A stretch of 64,000 nucleotides of DNA. Origin: Octopus vulgaris (taxonomy: Eukaryota). The position numbers and the translations under genes are program-made. The notes under the pieces are model-generated. The model searched no databases and was not told the DNA's origin. It worked only from the letters and a program-made list of their open reading frames with translations. The stretch lies in assembly GCA_951406725.2 (NCBI GenBank), contig OX597814.1, positions 121,148,001 through 121,212,000 on the forward strand, written 5' to 3'. Below, one piece after another: positions 1 to 12,730 of this stretch. How positions within the stretch are numbered: the stretch's first letter is position 1; each line of letters starts with the position of its first letter.

Positions 1-143
1 CTGCAATAATGATTTCCACAAGGGCAGCTTGGGAGAGGGGATTAAGTCAATTACATCGACCCCAGTACGTAGCTGGTACTTATTTAATCGACCCCGACAG
101 GATGAAAGACAAGTCGACCTCGGCGGAATTTGAGCTCAGAACG
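1..143 (-). mobile_element. tRNA-derived SINE, family B, partial copy
   Basis: Reverse complement matches the 12497-12730 copy: gttctgagctcaaattccgccgaggtcgac...tttcatcctgtcggggtcgattaaataagtaccag. Confidence 0.8.
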
Positions 144-346
144 ATTTGTAAACACCTTATCTATGGTCCATAGATGCCTTCTTTCTCTTGTAATTTTCTA
201 ACCACATTGGTGTATAAAGGATAACTGATTTCCAAATCAGAACAATCATATCTGGCTGGTTGTGTTATAATATAGTGTATGTTTTAATTTTTAAGTTCCA
301 CTAATATTTTCTTTGACCCATCGATTTCAATATAGTGAGCTTCGTA

Positions 347-348
<2 letters not shown>

Positions 349-408
<60 letters not shown>

Positions 409-421
409 CATTATTATTATT
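349..421. repeat. (TAA)n microsatellite at the 3' end of an R4/Dong element
   Basis: Nearly pure att repeat. Confidence 0.95.
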
Positions 422-1004
422 CAGTAGTTTTATTTTTATAGCGTGCTTTCACTTCACTACCGAGCGCAGCTCTGTGTGCCTTGGGTATGTGCTGTGATTT
501 ATTGTGATGCTCTGATGGTTATTGTATGGAAAGTGTTCTGCGTAGGATGTGTGCAGTGCCTAGTAGTGCAATTTTCTGTATGTTATATGTGTTTGTAAGT
601 CCTGGTGTTTTTGTTATGTATTTGTCTGAATATTTTTTTATCATGCCTAATGCACCTACTATGATAGGAATTGTTTCTGTTTTCAGGTTCCACATTCTAG
701 TTACCTCTATTTCCAGGTCTTTGTATTTTGAGAGTTTCTCCATTTCTTTTAGAGACACGTTGTCATCTGCCGGTATTGATACATCAATTAGAAAGCATTT
801 TTTTTCTTCATGATCTCTGACAACTATATCTGGTCTGTTGGCCTTAATTTCTCTATCTGTGTGTATCGGCATATTCCAGAGTATGGTTGCTTTCTCGTTT
901 TCTGTGACCTTTTCTGGTGTGTGCCTATACCATCTTTTTTCTGTTGTTATTCCATAATGTTGGCATAGCTTCCAATGTATGTAGGTTCCAACTCTGTCAT
1001 GTCT
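422..1004 (-). mobile_element. 5'-truncated R4/Dong-clade non-LTR retrotransposon (restriction-like endonuclease domain plus 3' UTR)
   Basis: ORF 519-1025 reads RHDRV...ILWNMPIHTDREIKANRPDIVV...IDVSIP...EKLSKYKDL...PIIVGALG, the PD-D RLE signature. It is flanked on both sides by (TAA)n. Confidence 0.9.
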
Positions 1005-1021
1005 GTTTATTATTATTATTA

Positions 1022-1092
<71 letters not shown>

Positions 1093-1093
1093 G
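1005..1093. repeat. (TAA)n microsatellite between two R4/Dong elements
   Basis: Nearly pure att repeat. Confidence 0.95.
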
Positions 1094-4000
1094 TTTATGG
1101 GTTTTTCTTCTTCTTTCAAATTTGCTTCCATTTCTTGCCGAGTGTCTTCCCGACTCCTGGGGCAAAGAAAGTCATTGTACACATTGGTAGGCCATTAAAA
1201 TAAACTCACTAATTGGTTCATTTTTTTTCATATTTTTTTATAGGAATAAAGTTAACTTAAAATATATGGGTAGTAATAGTTCTCACATCGACAATGCTCT
1301 TCTCAATACGTGTGATGTACCAGTTAAGACAATCTTTTGCACTTCTTGCAGGGATGGTAAGCCAGGGATCATTCTCATATAATTTTCGGTTCCCTTCTTG
1401 ATCATTCCTAGTGCTCCTACGATCACTGGTATTGTAACCGCCCTGAGAAGCCACATTTTCTCAATTTCAATGAGCAAGTTTTTATATTTTCTGAGCTTGT
1501 CAAACTCTTTCGCCGAGATATTATGATCACAGGGGATGCTCATGTCGATCAATAAGCAAACTTTATTGTTTTGGTCTTTCACAACAATATCCGATTTATT
1601 GGCCTTGATGGTTAGGTCTATATGTACTGGAAAGTCCCACAGAATCGTTACATTTTCTCATTCAGTTACAGCTTCAGGGTGGTGATTATACTACTTGTCG
1701 GCAGTTTTGATATTGTAATGCCGACTTATTAGCCAGTGTAGATATTGGTCAACTCTGTCATGTCTTAATTTATACTCCACTGGAGCTAAGACTTTACATC
1801 CAGAGATTAGGTGGTCCACTGTTTCAATCATGTCGTTGCAGAATCGGCATTTTGGGTCTGCTCCATTTTTCATCACATTGGCCTGGTAGTTCCGGGTTAA
1901 TAGGCTTTGATCTTGAGCAGCCAGGATGAAACCTTCGCTCGCTGCTTTTAGCCCTGAGCTCCGTAGCCACTGATGGGTTTGCTTCGGGTCAACATCAGCT
2001 TGTTTGCTACGGGCCACATATTTGCCGTGCAGAGGTTTCTCCTCCCACCTATCAGCCAATTGCTCGTGCGCTTTTTTCGTTGCCATTATTTTCACCTTCT
2101 TTGCAACAATAGTCGCCGTACTTCCCTAGGGTTGTTCAGTTTGGGTATCCTGCACGAGATTATTAGCAAATGTTTTGCTTTCCTTTATGATAGAATGAAG
2201 CTTCTTTCGTCTCTCGTGATTTTCCACGAGCTTTAGCATCCAGTCATTCGTTATTTCAAGATATTTGGCCAGTCCAATTGTGGTTGTTTTGTAAGCTAGT
2301 TCAAATTGGATCAGGCCTCGACCTCCTAGGGCTCTGGGGAGGTAAAGACGATCTACGTCTGCCTTTGGGTTGTGCATCCTATTACAACTCAGCAGCTTGC
2401 GTATTTTCCTATCTATTTTCTTTACTTCACTCATATTCCAGTTCAACACATTGTAGCTATAAGTAACAACTGGAACTGCTAAGGAATTTATAGCTAACAC
2501 CTTGTTACGTGCATTTAGTTCAGATTTCAGGACTGCTCGAACTCTCCTATAACATGTCTTCCTGATCTTCTCTTTTATGCTTGCATGCTGAATACCAGAG
2601 CTTTCATTTATCCCTAAATATTTGTATGTTTGTTCTTGCTCAAGCTCTCTTATGACTGTGTCAACATCTAACATGACTGAATTTGTGGTCTTCACTTTCC
2701 CTTTCTGGAAAGTGGCCTTAGCACACTTCTCAAGCCCAAACTCCATTCCGATGTCATCACTGAATGCTTTCACAGTGCGCAATATGCCTTCAAGTTCATT
2801 ATCGTCTTTACCATAGAGTTTTAAGTCATCCATATAAAATAGATGGCTTATTTTTTTATTGTCAACTTTATACCCATACCCTGTTCTGTTTAATTCACTT
2901 GTAAGGGGTATTAGGGCTATGCAGAATATTAGAGGTGAAAGTGAGTCACCTTGAAAAATGTCACAGTTGATGTTTATATTCTCTGAGGCAAGTACTCCAT
3001 TAGAGTGGTATAATTGGAGATTCGTATACCACAACGACATATTATGCTTCAGGAAGCTTGAAATCAAAGGGGAAATTTTGAAGATGTCCAGCGATTTCAA
3101 GATCCATGAATGCGGTATACTGTTGAAGGCCTTTTTATAGTCAATCCATGTGGAGCTGAGATTTCTGCGCTTGTTGTGACAGTTCTCAAGGATCATACGA
3201 TTAATTAGCAGTTGATCTTTGCATCTGTATGAGCCTCAGCGGCACCCTTTTGTTCAGTGGGGAGAATATCGTTCTTTTCCATGAATGTATGTTTTCTCCA
3301 CCAGGATAGATGTTAGGATTTTATACGTGGTGGATAAACAGGTTATAGGCCGATAGGTTTTTGGAAGTTTGGTTTCGTTATTCTTTGGGAGTAGGTAAGT
3401 AATACCACTTGCTAACCATTCAGGTGTTTTCTTTGGGTCTCTCATAATTCCATTGAGCAGCTGAACTAGCTTACCGTGTGCGCATGGGAGCGATGAGAGC
3501 CAGAAATTCGGCACCCTATCTTTACCGGGGGATTTCCAATTATGGGCCTTCGTGAGTGCCTTTCTTAGGTCTGCTATTGTGATGTCTTCCCATACTTGTT
3601 GTTGTAAATTTTGGTAGGATCCTTCTGTTTGTATAATCCAGTCTGCATTTATGTTGTACGTCTTCTCGTCACTCCAAATCCTTTTCCAAAAGTTTTGAAC
3701 TTCTTCCATGGGAGGGGGGTCTTTAACGGTTAGTTTCTCCTTCCCTATTTCTCTGTAGAATTTTTTGGCATTGGATGTGAACAACTTATTTTGCTTGTAA
3801 AACTTGTTTCTCTTCTCAAATCTTCGTATTCTTTGAGCTTTTGCTTGGACTTTTTGTTTCAGTATTTCTTTTATTGATATCAGTTCTTCTCTTGGTGAGG
3901 ATCCAAATTTTCTCTTTATCTTTCTTCCTGTTCTGGATCTTACATCATTTCCACATATTAGTTCATTTAATATTGATATTTCCCCTCTCATAAATTCAAT

Positions 4001-5110
4001 CTCTTTTTCAAGTTTACTTTTCCAGGTTTGATTTCTTCCTAGGTTTGGTTTTCTTTGTTTTTTCGGGGGCATACAGCTGGTTTCAATTGCCCTAGCAGAA
4101 GCGTAAATAATTTCATTTAACTCAGTAAAATCAGGTTTTAATTCTTGTATTATTTCATTTGTTACATAGTTGCCAATTTTGATTTGTTTTTTTATTTTCG
4201 TTTTAATTGAGAGTTTATGAAGTGGTTCTCTATCATTCATACTTGTATATCTTACAACTTCAAGCGTATTCAGGATTTCTGCCTCATTCCTGCCATAGAC
4301 TCTCTGTGTTCTTCAGCAAATGCGAGATCTTCAGTTACTGTTGTTTTATCATTTTCCTGACTATCTTTGACAGGTTCAATAGAATTCCTTGTATCTTCAG
4401 GCCTTTGCGTGCTTTGGTCTGATGGCAGTCTTTCAATTAAGCCTCGTGGCGGGCTATTCTGTTCATCTGATTCTTCATTTCCTTTGTGTCTTATATTTAT
4501 GTCATTTTCCGTTGCGTGCTTGATCGCGCTTATTTCACTGCCTGTGAGTTTATTATTTCTAGGGATATCCCTCCTCACATTTGCCAATTTGTTCTCGTCC
4601 AAATAGGGTCTACTGTCTTGATTCCGTGTTCTCCATTTACTGTAAGAGTTTGCGGTGTGTCTCTCTTGAGATGGCCTACCTAATGCATAGTAATAAGCGT
4701 ATATTACTTCTTTATACTCTTCTCGAGTCCATTTGTTCCGCTTACATTTTTCTTTCTGTTGTGGTTGTGGTGGTGAACTTGGAGGGCTCGAGTTGGGGAA
4801 TTTCCCGTTCAAGTGACCATCCATGTCCGTATTCGGAGAAGAGTTTGTGCCAGTTGATGAATTTTCGATCCCAGGCTGGCTCTTCCCTGGGGGACGCGCT
4901 TCCAGATTAACCATAGGACAAGCGATTTGGTATACTGATTTAGTTTTCCTTTTAGTTTCCAAAAACATTTTGGTGCTACGATAATGTTATCATTTTTGAG
5001 CTCTGAGTGGCTCGCGGGTAGACGGCCATCATTGCCGTTACAATTATAGTCGTACCATAATAGCAGACGTAGCCGGCCTGTGGTCACTCCTTGTAATCAT
5101 GGCAACATTG
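1094..5110 (-). mobile_element. Near full-length R4/Dong-clade non-LTR retrotransposon with an ORF broken by stops and frameshifts
   Basis: Collinear ORF pieces: 4968-4270 (N-terminus RNKWTREEY), 4240-3254 (NWKSPGKD, YRPITCL), 3196-2126 (RT: WIDYKKAF, QGDSLSP, YMDDLKLY), 2095-1691 (zinc knuckle CRFC..ETVDHLISGC) and 1582-1283 (RLE C-terminus). Confidence 0.93.
2126..3196 (-). pseudogene. Reverse transcriptase domain of the R4/Dong element
   Basis: YMDD catalytic motif plus GDSLSP and KYLG motifs. The frame is disrupted on both sides. Confidence 0.9.
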
Positions 5111-5409
5111 TAGTAGTATTATTATTTAGAGGAAGGAGAAGGCAACAGTGTATTATTATTTAGAGGAAGGAGAGGGCAGGTTGGCAGTAGATAGGTAGGA
5201 TGGCAGTCATACAGTTAGATATCGTTAGTCTATAAATAGACTCAATAGGAGTAGGCGAGGGGTGAAAGAGTGATTATACCCATGTGGTCCAGCAAAGGAG
5301 CGGTCAGCAGAGGTCAAATATGTGTTTACTACCAACTCACCTTGTGTGTTTTAATTACCGATAGAAAGACAGAAATAAAATACATACACTCACACTCACA
5401 TATATATTA

Positions 5410-6090
5410 TTTCTATATATATAGATTGCTTAAATTAGTTATCCGGCGGCGTATAAGAGTGTTTTTGTAGAAATTTCTGTTTTTTTTTCATATTTGGCTA
5501 TTCACAGTACAATGTATATATCAAAGATGATTGTTTGTGTGTGTTTAGCAATTAAAAAAATTTTTTTCACATAAGATTGTAGATATTAAAGTTTTTAAAA
5601 ATGATCATTTGTGTGTTCGTCCAGAGAAAACTGAATATAATCAAGTTTTTAAGCCTGTAAATTGTTTATGTAAAGATAGCCAGAGGCGTTTAAGAGTGTT
5701 CTTAGAGAGAAATATTTTCACATATTTGGTTATTCACAGTACAGTGTAGATATTAAAGTTCTTAAAGATAATCATTTGTGTGTTCACGGAAAGTTTTACT
5801 TTTCACATAATATTGTAGATATTAATGTTTTTAAAGATGATCGTTTGTGTGTCCGTCCAGGGGATACTGTAGATAGTAAAGTTTTTAAAGTTATTTAGAA
5901 TGATATTTTAAATACTCACAGAGGATTATAGATACATTTCAAAAAATGTTTTTTGGTTGTAATAGAATGTATGTGTTTATATATATAATTTCTATATATA
6001 TATAATTTGCTTAAGTTGGATAACCGGAGGCGTCTAAGAGTGTTCTTGCAGAGAAAAAAAAGGGATGTTTACATATTTGGCTAGTCAGAG
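5410..6090. repeat. Degenerate tandem repeat with long units containing shorter sub-units
   Basis: Motif ggcgt.taagagtgtt recurs at about 5448, 5684 and 6028. Sub-unit tgtagatattaaagtttttaaagatgatcatttgtgtg recurs 4-5 times. Confidence 0.65.
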
Positions 6091-6111
6091 AGAAAAGAAG
6101 AGTTTTGGGTA

Positions 6112-6176
6112 TGTAAGTATGTATGCATACATGCATGTATATATTATGTATGTATGAATGTATGTATGTATGTATG

Positions 6177-6207
<31 letters not shown>

Positions 6208-6220
6208 GTATGTATGTACG
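6112..6220. repeat. (GTAT)n microsatellite
   Basis: Direct reading. Confidence 0.9.
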
Positions 6221-6821
6221 TACGCATGCCAGCTTGCAGGCAGACAGGCAGATAGGCAGGCAAGCAGGCTGACTGGTTCGCTGGCTATCCTGTGAAGATG
6301 GAGTCGTAGGGGTAACGTGGAAATGTACGGAATTATTTAGAATTTTAGAGCTGATGAAGTTTGTACTTCCCCAGATGTGATCCCATTAATTTTTTCTCGG
6401 GCCGAGAAGAAGAGATACGCAAAATTAAAGAACTACAAAACGTTATGGATCGACTCTAACACAGAAATGGTACCTTATGTTACCTAACTCGAAAAGATGA
6501 CATGATAAGTTAACCTACGATGGATTGGAACTCAGAAAATCAGAACACATCTTGCAAAACAAAATATCAGTTGTTCTAACGACACTGCTAATGTGTATGC
6601 AACGGTCGAGTATACCTATTTATATTCTTAAGAATGTATTCTTTTATATTCTTTTATAAATCTGTGAAAGGCGTCCGCCTTGCACAGATTTATAAAAGCT
6701 ATCAGAAAAGGACACTTAGCCTCTGAACTTTACGTTTCATCTGCAAATTTCAGTACGCTAGGAGATACACTGTGGAGCTAATGTGGGATATCCATTGTTT
6801 ATACATACATGCATACAGACG

Positions 6822-7216
6822 TACAGTGGCTGTTTGGTAAGTAGCTTGCTTACCAACCACATGGTTCCGGGTTCAGTCCCACTGCGTGGCACCTTGGGCA
6901 AGTGTCTTCTAATATAGCCTTGGGACGACCAAAGCCTTGTGAGTGGATTTGGTAGATGGAAACTGAAAGAACCCTGTCGTATGTATATATATATGTGTGT
7001 GTGTGTATATGTTTGTGTGTCTGTGTTTGTCCCCCCAACATCGCTTGACAACCGATACTGGTGTGTTTACGTCCGCGTAACTTAGCAGTTCGGCAATATG
7101 AGACCGATAGAATAAGTACTAGGCTTACAAAGAATAAGTCCTGGGGTCGATTTGCTCGACAAAAGGCGGTGCTCCAGCATGGCCAAAGTCAAATGACTTG
7201 AAACAAGTAAATGAGT
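6822..7216 (+). mobile_element. tRNA-derived SINE, family A (CORE-like domain, internal TA/TG microsatellite), full length
   Basis: A box gtggctgtttggtaa, B box gggttcagtccc, CORE-like accttgggcaagtg. Many copies in the window. Confidence 0.85.
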
Positions 7217-7328
7217 ATATATATATATTTATATTGACATATATATGCATATATATATTGACATTTATAGGTATGTACACACACACACACACACACAAAA
7301 AACACACACATATATATATATATATATC

Positions 7329-7620
7329 TGTAATACGTGACAATTATTCGGTAGCTAAGATAAAACTCTGAGTTTCGGATGCCGAGGTGGAATCCGCACC
7401 CCCATCTCTTCAGATATCCGGCCATCGGAGAAACGTTTTTTCTGATGGCCGGATAACTGAAGTGATAGTGGTGTGGATTTCCATCTCGGCATCCGAAACT
7501 CAGAGTTTTATCTTGGCTACCGAATAATTGTCACATATTACATTTACAGATAAATTCCTCTATTTACATAATATTGAGGTCTCTTTCTTCCTTTTGTTAT
7601 CTTACCATTTTTACAAGTAC
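7329..7620. mobile_element. Penelope-type fold-back element (about 210-bp inverted repeat) with a hammerhead-like motif in each arm
   Basis: 7329-7433 is the reverse complement of about 7436-7542. Motif: ggata(a/t)-CTGAAG(A/T)-gat...catcc-GAAA-ctcagag-TT-ttatct. Embedded in (TA)n. Confidence 0.7.
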
Positions 7621-7666
<46 letters not shown>

Positions 7667-8654
7667 ATATATATATATTCACACACACTTATATACAGGA
7701 TATCTAGTTGAAGTTGTCACAGCTATTCTATGGAGGCATCAATTTCTTGAATGAGTTATAACTTAATCATGAAATGGAAAGTAATTATGGCCAGACTTTT
7801 ACGATACTATGTAGAACATCTTTAATGAACTAGATTTTCAACGCTGGCGAGTTCAGATCGCAATGAAAGGATGTGGTAATCTCATTTTAATTTTCTTTCA
7901 TACTGAAATTAAATATTCTTTCTAGCGGTCCTGCGAATTATATCACTGCTTATATGATTTAAACGCCTTTAGAATTCTTCTCATCTTTAATATAATTCTG
8001 TATATCCAATTTGTTGCATAGTGTCTCTGATAAAACAGCCACCTGACAGTCTGAATCGTTCTATGCAGAATTGGTTTAATATTCTATGTGAATTAATATT
8101 CTACAGTAGACTTTTTCTTTGTTTTTTGTTGTTGTTTTTTTTTACGATAATTCATTGAATATCATTATTAAACGTGAGTTTAATACCCATATGTTAGTGT
8201 TATATGATACATTCTGCTGAGTTTATCTCTGCATCTCATACTTCCATCATCGCTAAAATTAAGCATCCGTAAAGCACTGATATAGACATATAAAACTAAC
8301 CTCTACTTTAAAAACTTCTGGCCTTGTGTTAAAATCAGAAACTATAATTTCTTACTAATGTAATTGCTGTTGTGTTCGCTAACTTCATTACTAAACGCTT
8401 TGTGAACATTGAACATGGTTTAGTTTAACCACCGATTAAACATCATCATAACTGACATATCATCAAAAGCTTTTCAACTTGATATATTCCATATTTCAGT
8501 ACTATGCAGAGCATCTAGTACTACACGATCCCGTTTATCCTTTTCAGAAAAGACTTTTGTGTGTGTCATTTTAGAAATACTTGACTGCTATTTTTAACAA
8601 GCTGAAATACTACGCAATGCGTTGCTTTATTTGATTTTCTATTTTAGAGTTTAC

Positions 8655-8987
8655 TGAAATTACATTGCGTGACTTATGTGTGCAACATAGACTTGTGTTA
8701 CTTTCAGTATATTTCGTAAATGAGTAAGTGATAGAAAACTTACGTATTCTTCTGCATCTGTTTTAGTTATTCCCAAAACACCAATTTTTCTCCGAATTTA
8801 TTGTCTCAGGTACCTCGTTGTTATCTTTATTTTCAAATTGTATTTCGATAATTTTCTATTCCTTGTAGAGATATTAGTGACGCTTCATTTGGGAAGTATT
8901 TTCTTTCCACTCGCCCTTGACAACAATCTTCGTTCGATTTCCCTTGATATCTCTGTCTCCAAAGTGTGTGTATATATATATATATAT

Positions 8988-9044
<57 letters not shown>

Positions 9045-10480
9045 TATATACATATATATATATATAGTTTTTTTGCCCAAGAATGTTTACACTCCACTTA
9101 ATCTATAATTATTCCATAATTCTCACATAATTCATATTCTTTGGAATCTCCTACCCTTCTGTCATACCGACTGCTATCGTTTGTCTTGCTTAAGTGTTAT
9201 ATTTGTACCTTTCCAACCTTCAAATATTTTGCATATCATTTCTATATTGTTTTTCGGTACACGTTTAGATAATTTCTAATCTTCTCTTGAACAACAATTG
9301 AGACGTTTACATTCAAATGTTAGAGGCACACAATTCTCAAATAGTGATTTACCGTTTTCTGTTAACACGGTGTACAATTTTGTGTGTGGTATTGGCCATG
9401 CAACGATTTGCTTTGAAAGGTTTTGTCATTTCTTCGTAGTTCCATGATTTAGATTTTTGCTTTTTCACTTCTGTTTTATATCCTGCTTATCCTAAAAGGT
9501 GTCACTGACCTCGACGTCAGCTGTGTACTTTTTGTCTCCATGAAGGCAGGAAACAGTTATCCTTTACATTTTTAACTATTTATTTTGATATCATTTCATT
9601 TATTACAAATTTCTTTTGTAGGCCCACAATAGAGATGTTATAACAATGTACCACATAGATGATTCTGCTCTCCTACAGCAGATATTGCTTAATAGATGTC
9701 TGCTTGGAGAAATGGCTTAATTCTTTGTATTCATAGTAACAATAATCTTTCGATGTAGGAGTTTCGATCATGTTTTCTAAAGAGCAGACATTATTATTTG
9801 TTTGTATTAATTTTTTCTGTCTAGTCGTATTAATTCATTTAGTGTCTAGTTGCGAATATTAATAGTATAAATTACTCCTAGGATAGCTAGCTTTTCTGGA
9901 AGATTTTTAACTATTTATTTATATACAATGTGGTCTGTTTATTATAAATTTAATGCGTTTGTAATATTCATTCCTAAACTTTTCTTTCAATCGTGCATGG
10001 TGTGAACTGAACAGTAGCTGAGTCTTAATTATTTTTTATGTCTGTGTTACTTCTAATTATCTTATTTCTGCTTCTTTATGATGTTGTTTTATTAATTAAC
10101 TTTCTAAATTAATTTCCCACTATTCAATATAACTCTGGTTCATTTTTCTAACTCATATCAGATATCACATTACCAAAACTATGTATAGACCATAATTGAG
10201 TTTGTATTTTTTTTCTCATCTACAATGTACAAATTCACACCCACCTCCACCGTCATATTTGGAACGGAGTTCAGCTTGGTTTAACTTTCACGCGGAAGAC
10301 ATTAGTGTCACACAGAAAAAGAAACAATGGACAGAATATCTCACTTTAAATTATTTATCTTACAATGCAGATAGGGTGAGGTTTAATAATTCATTCCTTT
10401 TTATTTCTACAATTGATAGGCATTTATTCCTGGCTGTTTTAAATGATTTACTTACGTATGGTGCTACAATGTTCAGCGAC
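8655..10480 (-). mobile_element. Heavily degraded R4/Dong-clade element (RT C-terminal half to RLE)
   Basis: Minus-strand peptide relics [47 protein letters not shown] and IGVLGITK are collinear with the 1094-5110 element. Confidence 0.75.
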
Positions 10481-10814
10481 AATGCATAAATGATAAACGT
10501 ATGTGAATACTGTTAGAAAGCTTCTTGTATTCATCCCACCACATACACGTACATTTCTACTTCCTAGCGCACTTCGGATAACGTTTTGATGTTCTAAAAT
10601 TGTTATTTACAATATATTAAACTATACTTTCTTATTCCCAATCTTCTAGAAATAATCAATGCTTCCTAGATATATTTATTTATAAACTGTGTTGTTAAAG
10701 TTTTGTAAATTATATGAACGGTTATGGCTATTTAGTTCATTTAGTTTCCATTTTGTTTTGGATTTTAATTTTGTCGTCGAGTTTCATGTTGAGCTCCGTA
10801 ATTATTTTTTTTTA

Positions 10815-11220
10815 TTCCTTTACTTGTTTCAATCTCATTTCCCTGTGGCCATACCGGAGCACCGTCTTAAATGGTTCTTAGTCAAAAGAAATTGACCCCC
10901 AGGACTTCTTTCTTTAGCCTAGTACTTATTATATCGGTTTTTTACCGAACCGCTAGGTTACTGGGACCAAAACACACCAGCACCAATTATCAACCAGCTA
11001 AGAGGAGACAATCACAGACAAAAAGACACACACACACACATACATATATATATACACAGATGGGTGTGAGTGAGTGTGTATACGACGGGCTTCTTTCAGT
11101 TTCCGTCTACGAAATTCACTCACAAGCCTATAATAGAAGACGCCTGCCCGAGATACTACGCTGTGGGACTGAACCAGGAACCATGTGGTTGGTAAGCAAA
11201 TTGCCACACAACCGCACTTG
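10815..11220 (-). mobile_element. SINE family A copy
   Basis: Reverse complement of the 6822-7216 type (gggactgaaccaggaaccatgtggttggtaagc). Confidence 0.85.
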
Positions 11221-12327
11221 CCTCTATATTTACAAAATATATTTTATCCTTTCTCATTATTCACGTTATTCGTTTGTTTTAGCGTATTGATTTGACATAG
11301 ACTCCTACAGTCGTTCAGTTGCTCGGTTTATTGAATGGTGTTACATGGTTGGTAGCAATATCATAAACAAATACAACTCTAAGTATCTTCAAAAGCAAGG
11401 TAACAAAAATGTGGACATGTCTCCAAGCTACAAAAGGGTAAAAACTAGATTACAAAAATGCGATGTACCTATTGATGTGTAATGTAAGACAATGACAACA
11501 ACAACATGATGCAATTTTTTTTCTTTTGCAAGCACAGTGTGCAAAAGGTGGAGGGCAACACAAGGAAATCGAGAAAAGAACGACGATTGACTGAAGGCGT
11601 TGCGTTCTTGCTTCACTAATTTATCCAAGAAAGGCTGAGAAGCGAGGTGAAATACTCCTGTTTTACAATGACTGATAAATGTTTTGTATATCTTCGATAG
11701 AAGAGTCAAGAGAATCCAGAGATGATGTGTATTTGTATGGGTATTTTACGGACAGTGTGTATAGCAAAATGTGTCTGAGTTTCAAGAAAACTCTCCGCTG
11801 GTCGCTTAAATTGAGAATAGTATTTTTTCTTTTTGCATTTAATTGTCGTTGTTCTTGCTCTTATTGAAAATCTTTCCCTCTCTCGGTGGCTCGTTCGATG
11901 CTTCTAATTGTATGTAACTGATTTTATTTACTGTGCGTAATATAGTTTTCCAAATCCAAAATTGTAGCATTGATGCTGTCGTCTGCATTTTACAAAACTG
12001 TTTACTTCCGTGCATGATAAATAGAACCCAATCATTTTACTTTAACAGTATCGTGCGATATGCATGGAGAACAGCTTCCTAGTTTTATGCAATACTTCTA
12101 ATCCGTAATTCTGTCTTTGTCCTAAAAAAAAAAAAAGCAGAGTAACGCAACACTGAAATATCCAACACATTGATTTCGTGAATATTGGCTCCATTCAGAG
12201 TTGATTCAAAACACATTCTTAAATATTCTCTTGTGTTGTTTGGAGACATTATTTCAAATGAACTTTCCCACTATATTATCATACTGCATTACTTGTATCT
12301 TTGATTCATTTTCAGTGGCCTAATCAT

Positions 12328-12359
<32 letters not shown>

Positions 12360-12496
12360 TATTATTATCACCATCACCAGCAGCAGCAGTATTGGCGTTA
12401 ATATTTGCAATATTATTAAAATTGATTTATTTTGTTGTTGCTGTTGGTATACTGTATTGTTAGAAATTGATTTTATTGTTAGATATTGGTTTTACA

Positions 12497-12730
12497 AAGG
12501 CGGCAAGCTGGCAGAAACGTTAGCACGCCGGGCGATATGCTTAGCGGTATTTTGTCTGCCGCTACGTTCTGAGTTCAAATTCCGCCGAGGTCGACTTTGC
12601 CTTTCATCATTTCAGGGTCGATAAATTAAGTACCAGTTACACACTGAGGTCGATGTAATCGACTTAATCCCTATGTCTGTTCTTGTTTGTCCCCTCTATG
12701 TTTAGCCCCTTGTGGGCAATAAACAAATAA
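12497..12730 (+). mobile_element. tRNA-derived SINE, family B, full length
   Basis: Head ggcggcaagctggcagaa...gagttcaaattcc (B box); central gtcgactttgcctttcatc...gggtcgataaattaagtaccag (resembles the Nin-type SINE domain, from memory); A-rich end. Confidence 0.8.

Noticed and set aside
5000-5095. HDV-like ribozyme at the 5' end of the R4/Dong element
   Set aside because: A partial P1 (gagtg/cactc) and an L3-like tacccgc exist, but P2, P3 and P1.1 could not be completed by eye.
5101-5400. Solo LTR (TG start, tataaata, aataaa, short internal duplication)
   Set aside because: No clear inverted terminus, TSD or second copy in the window.
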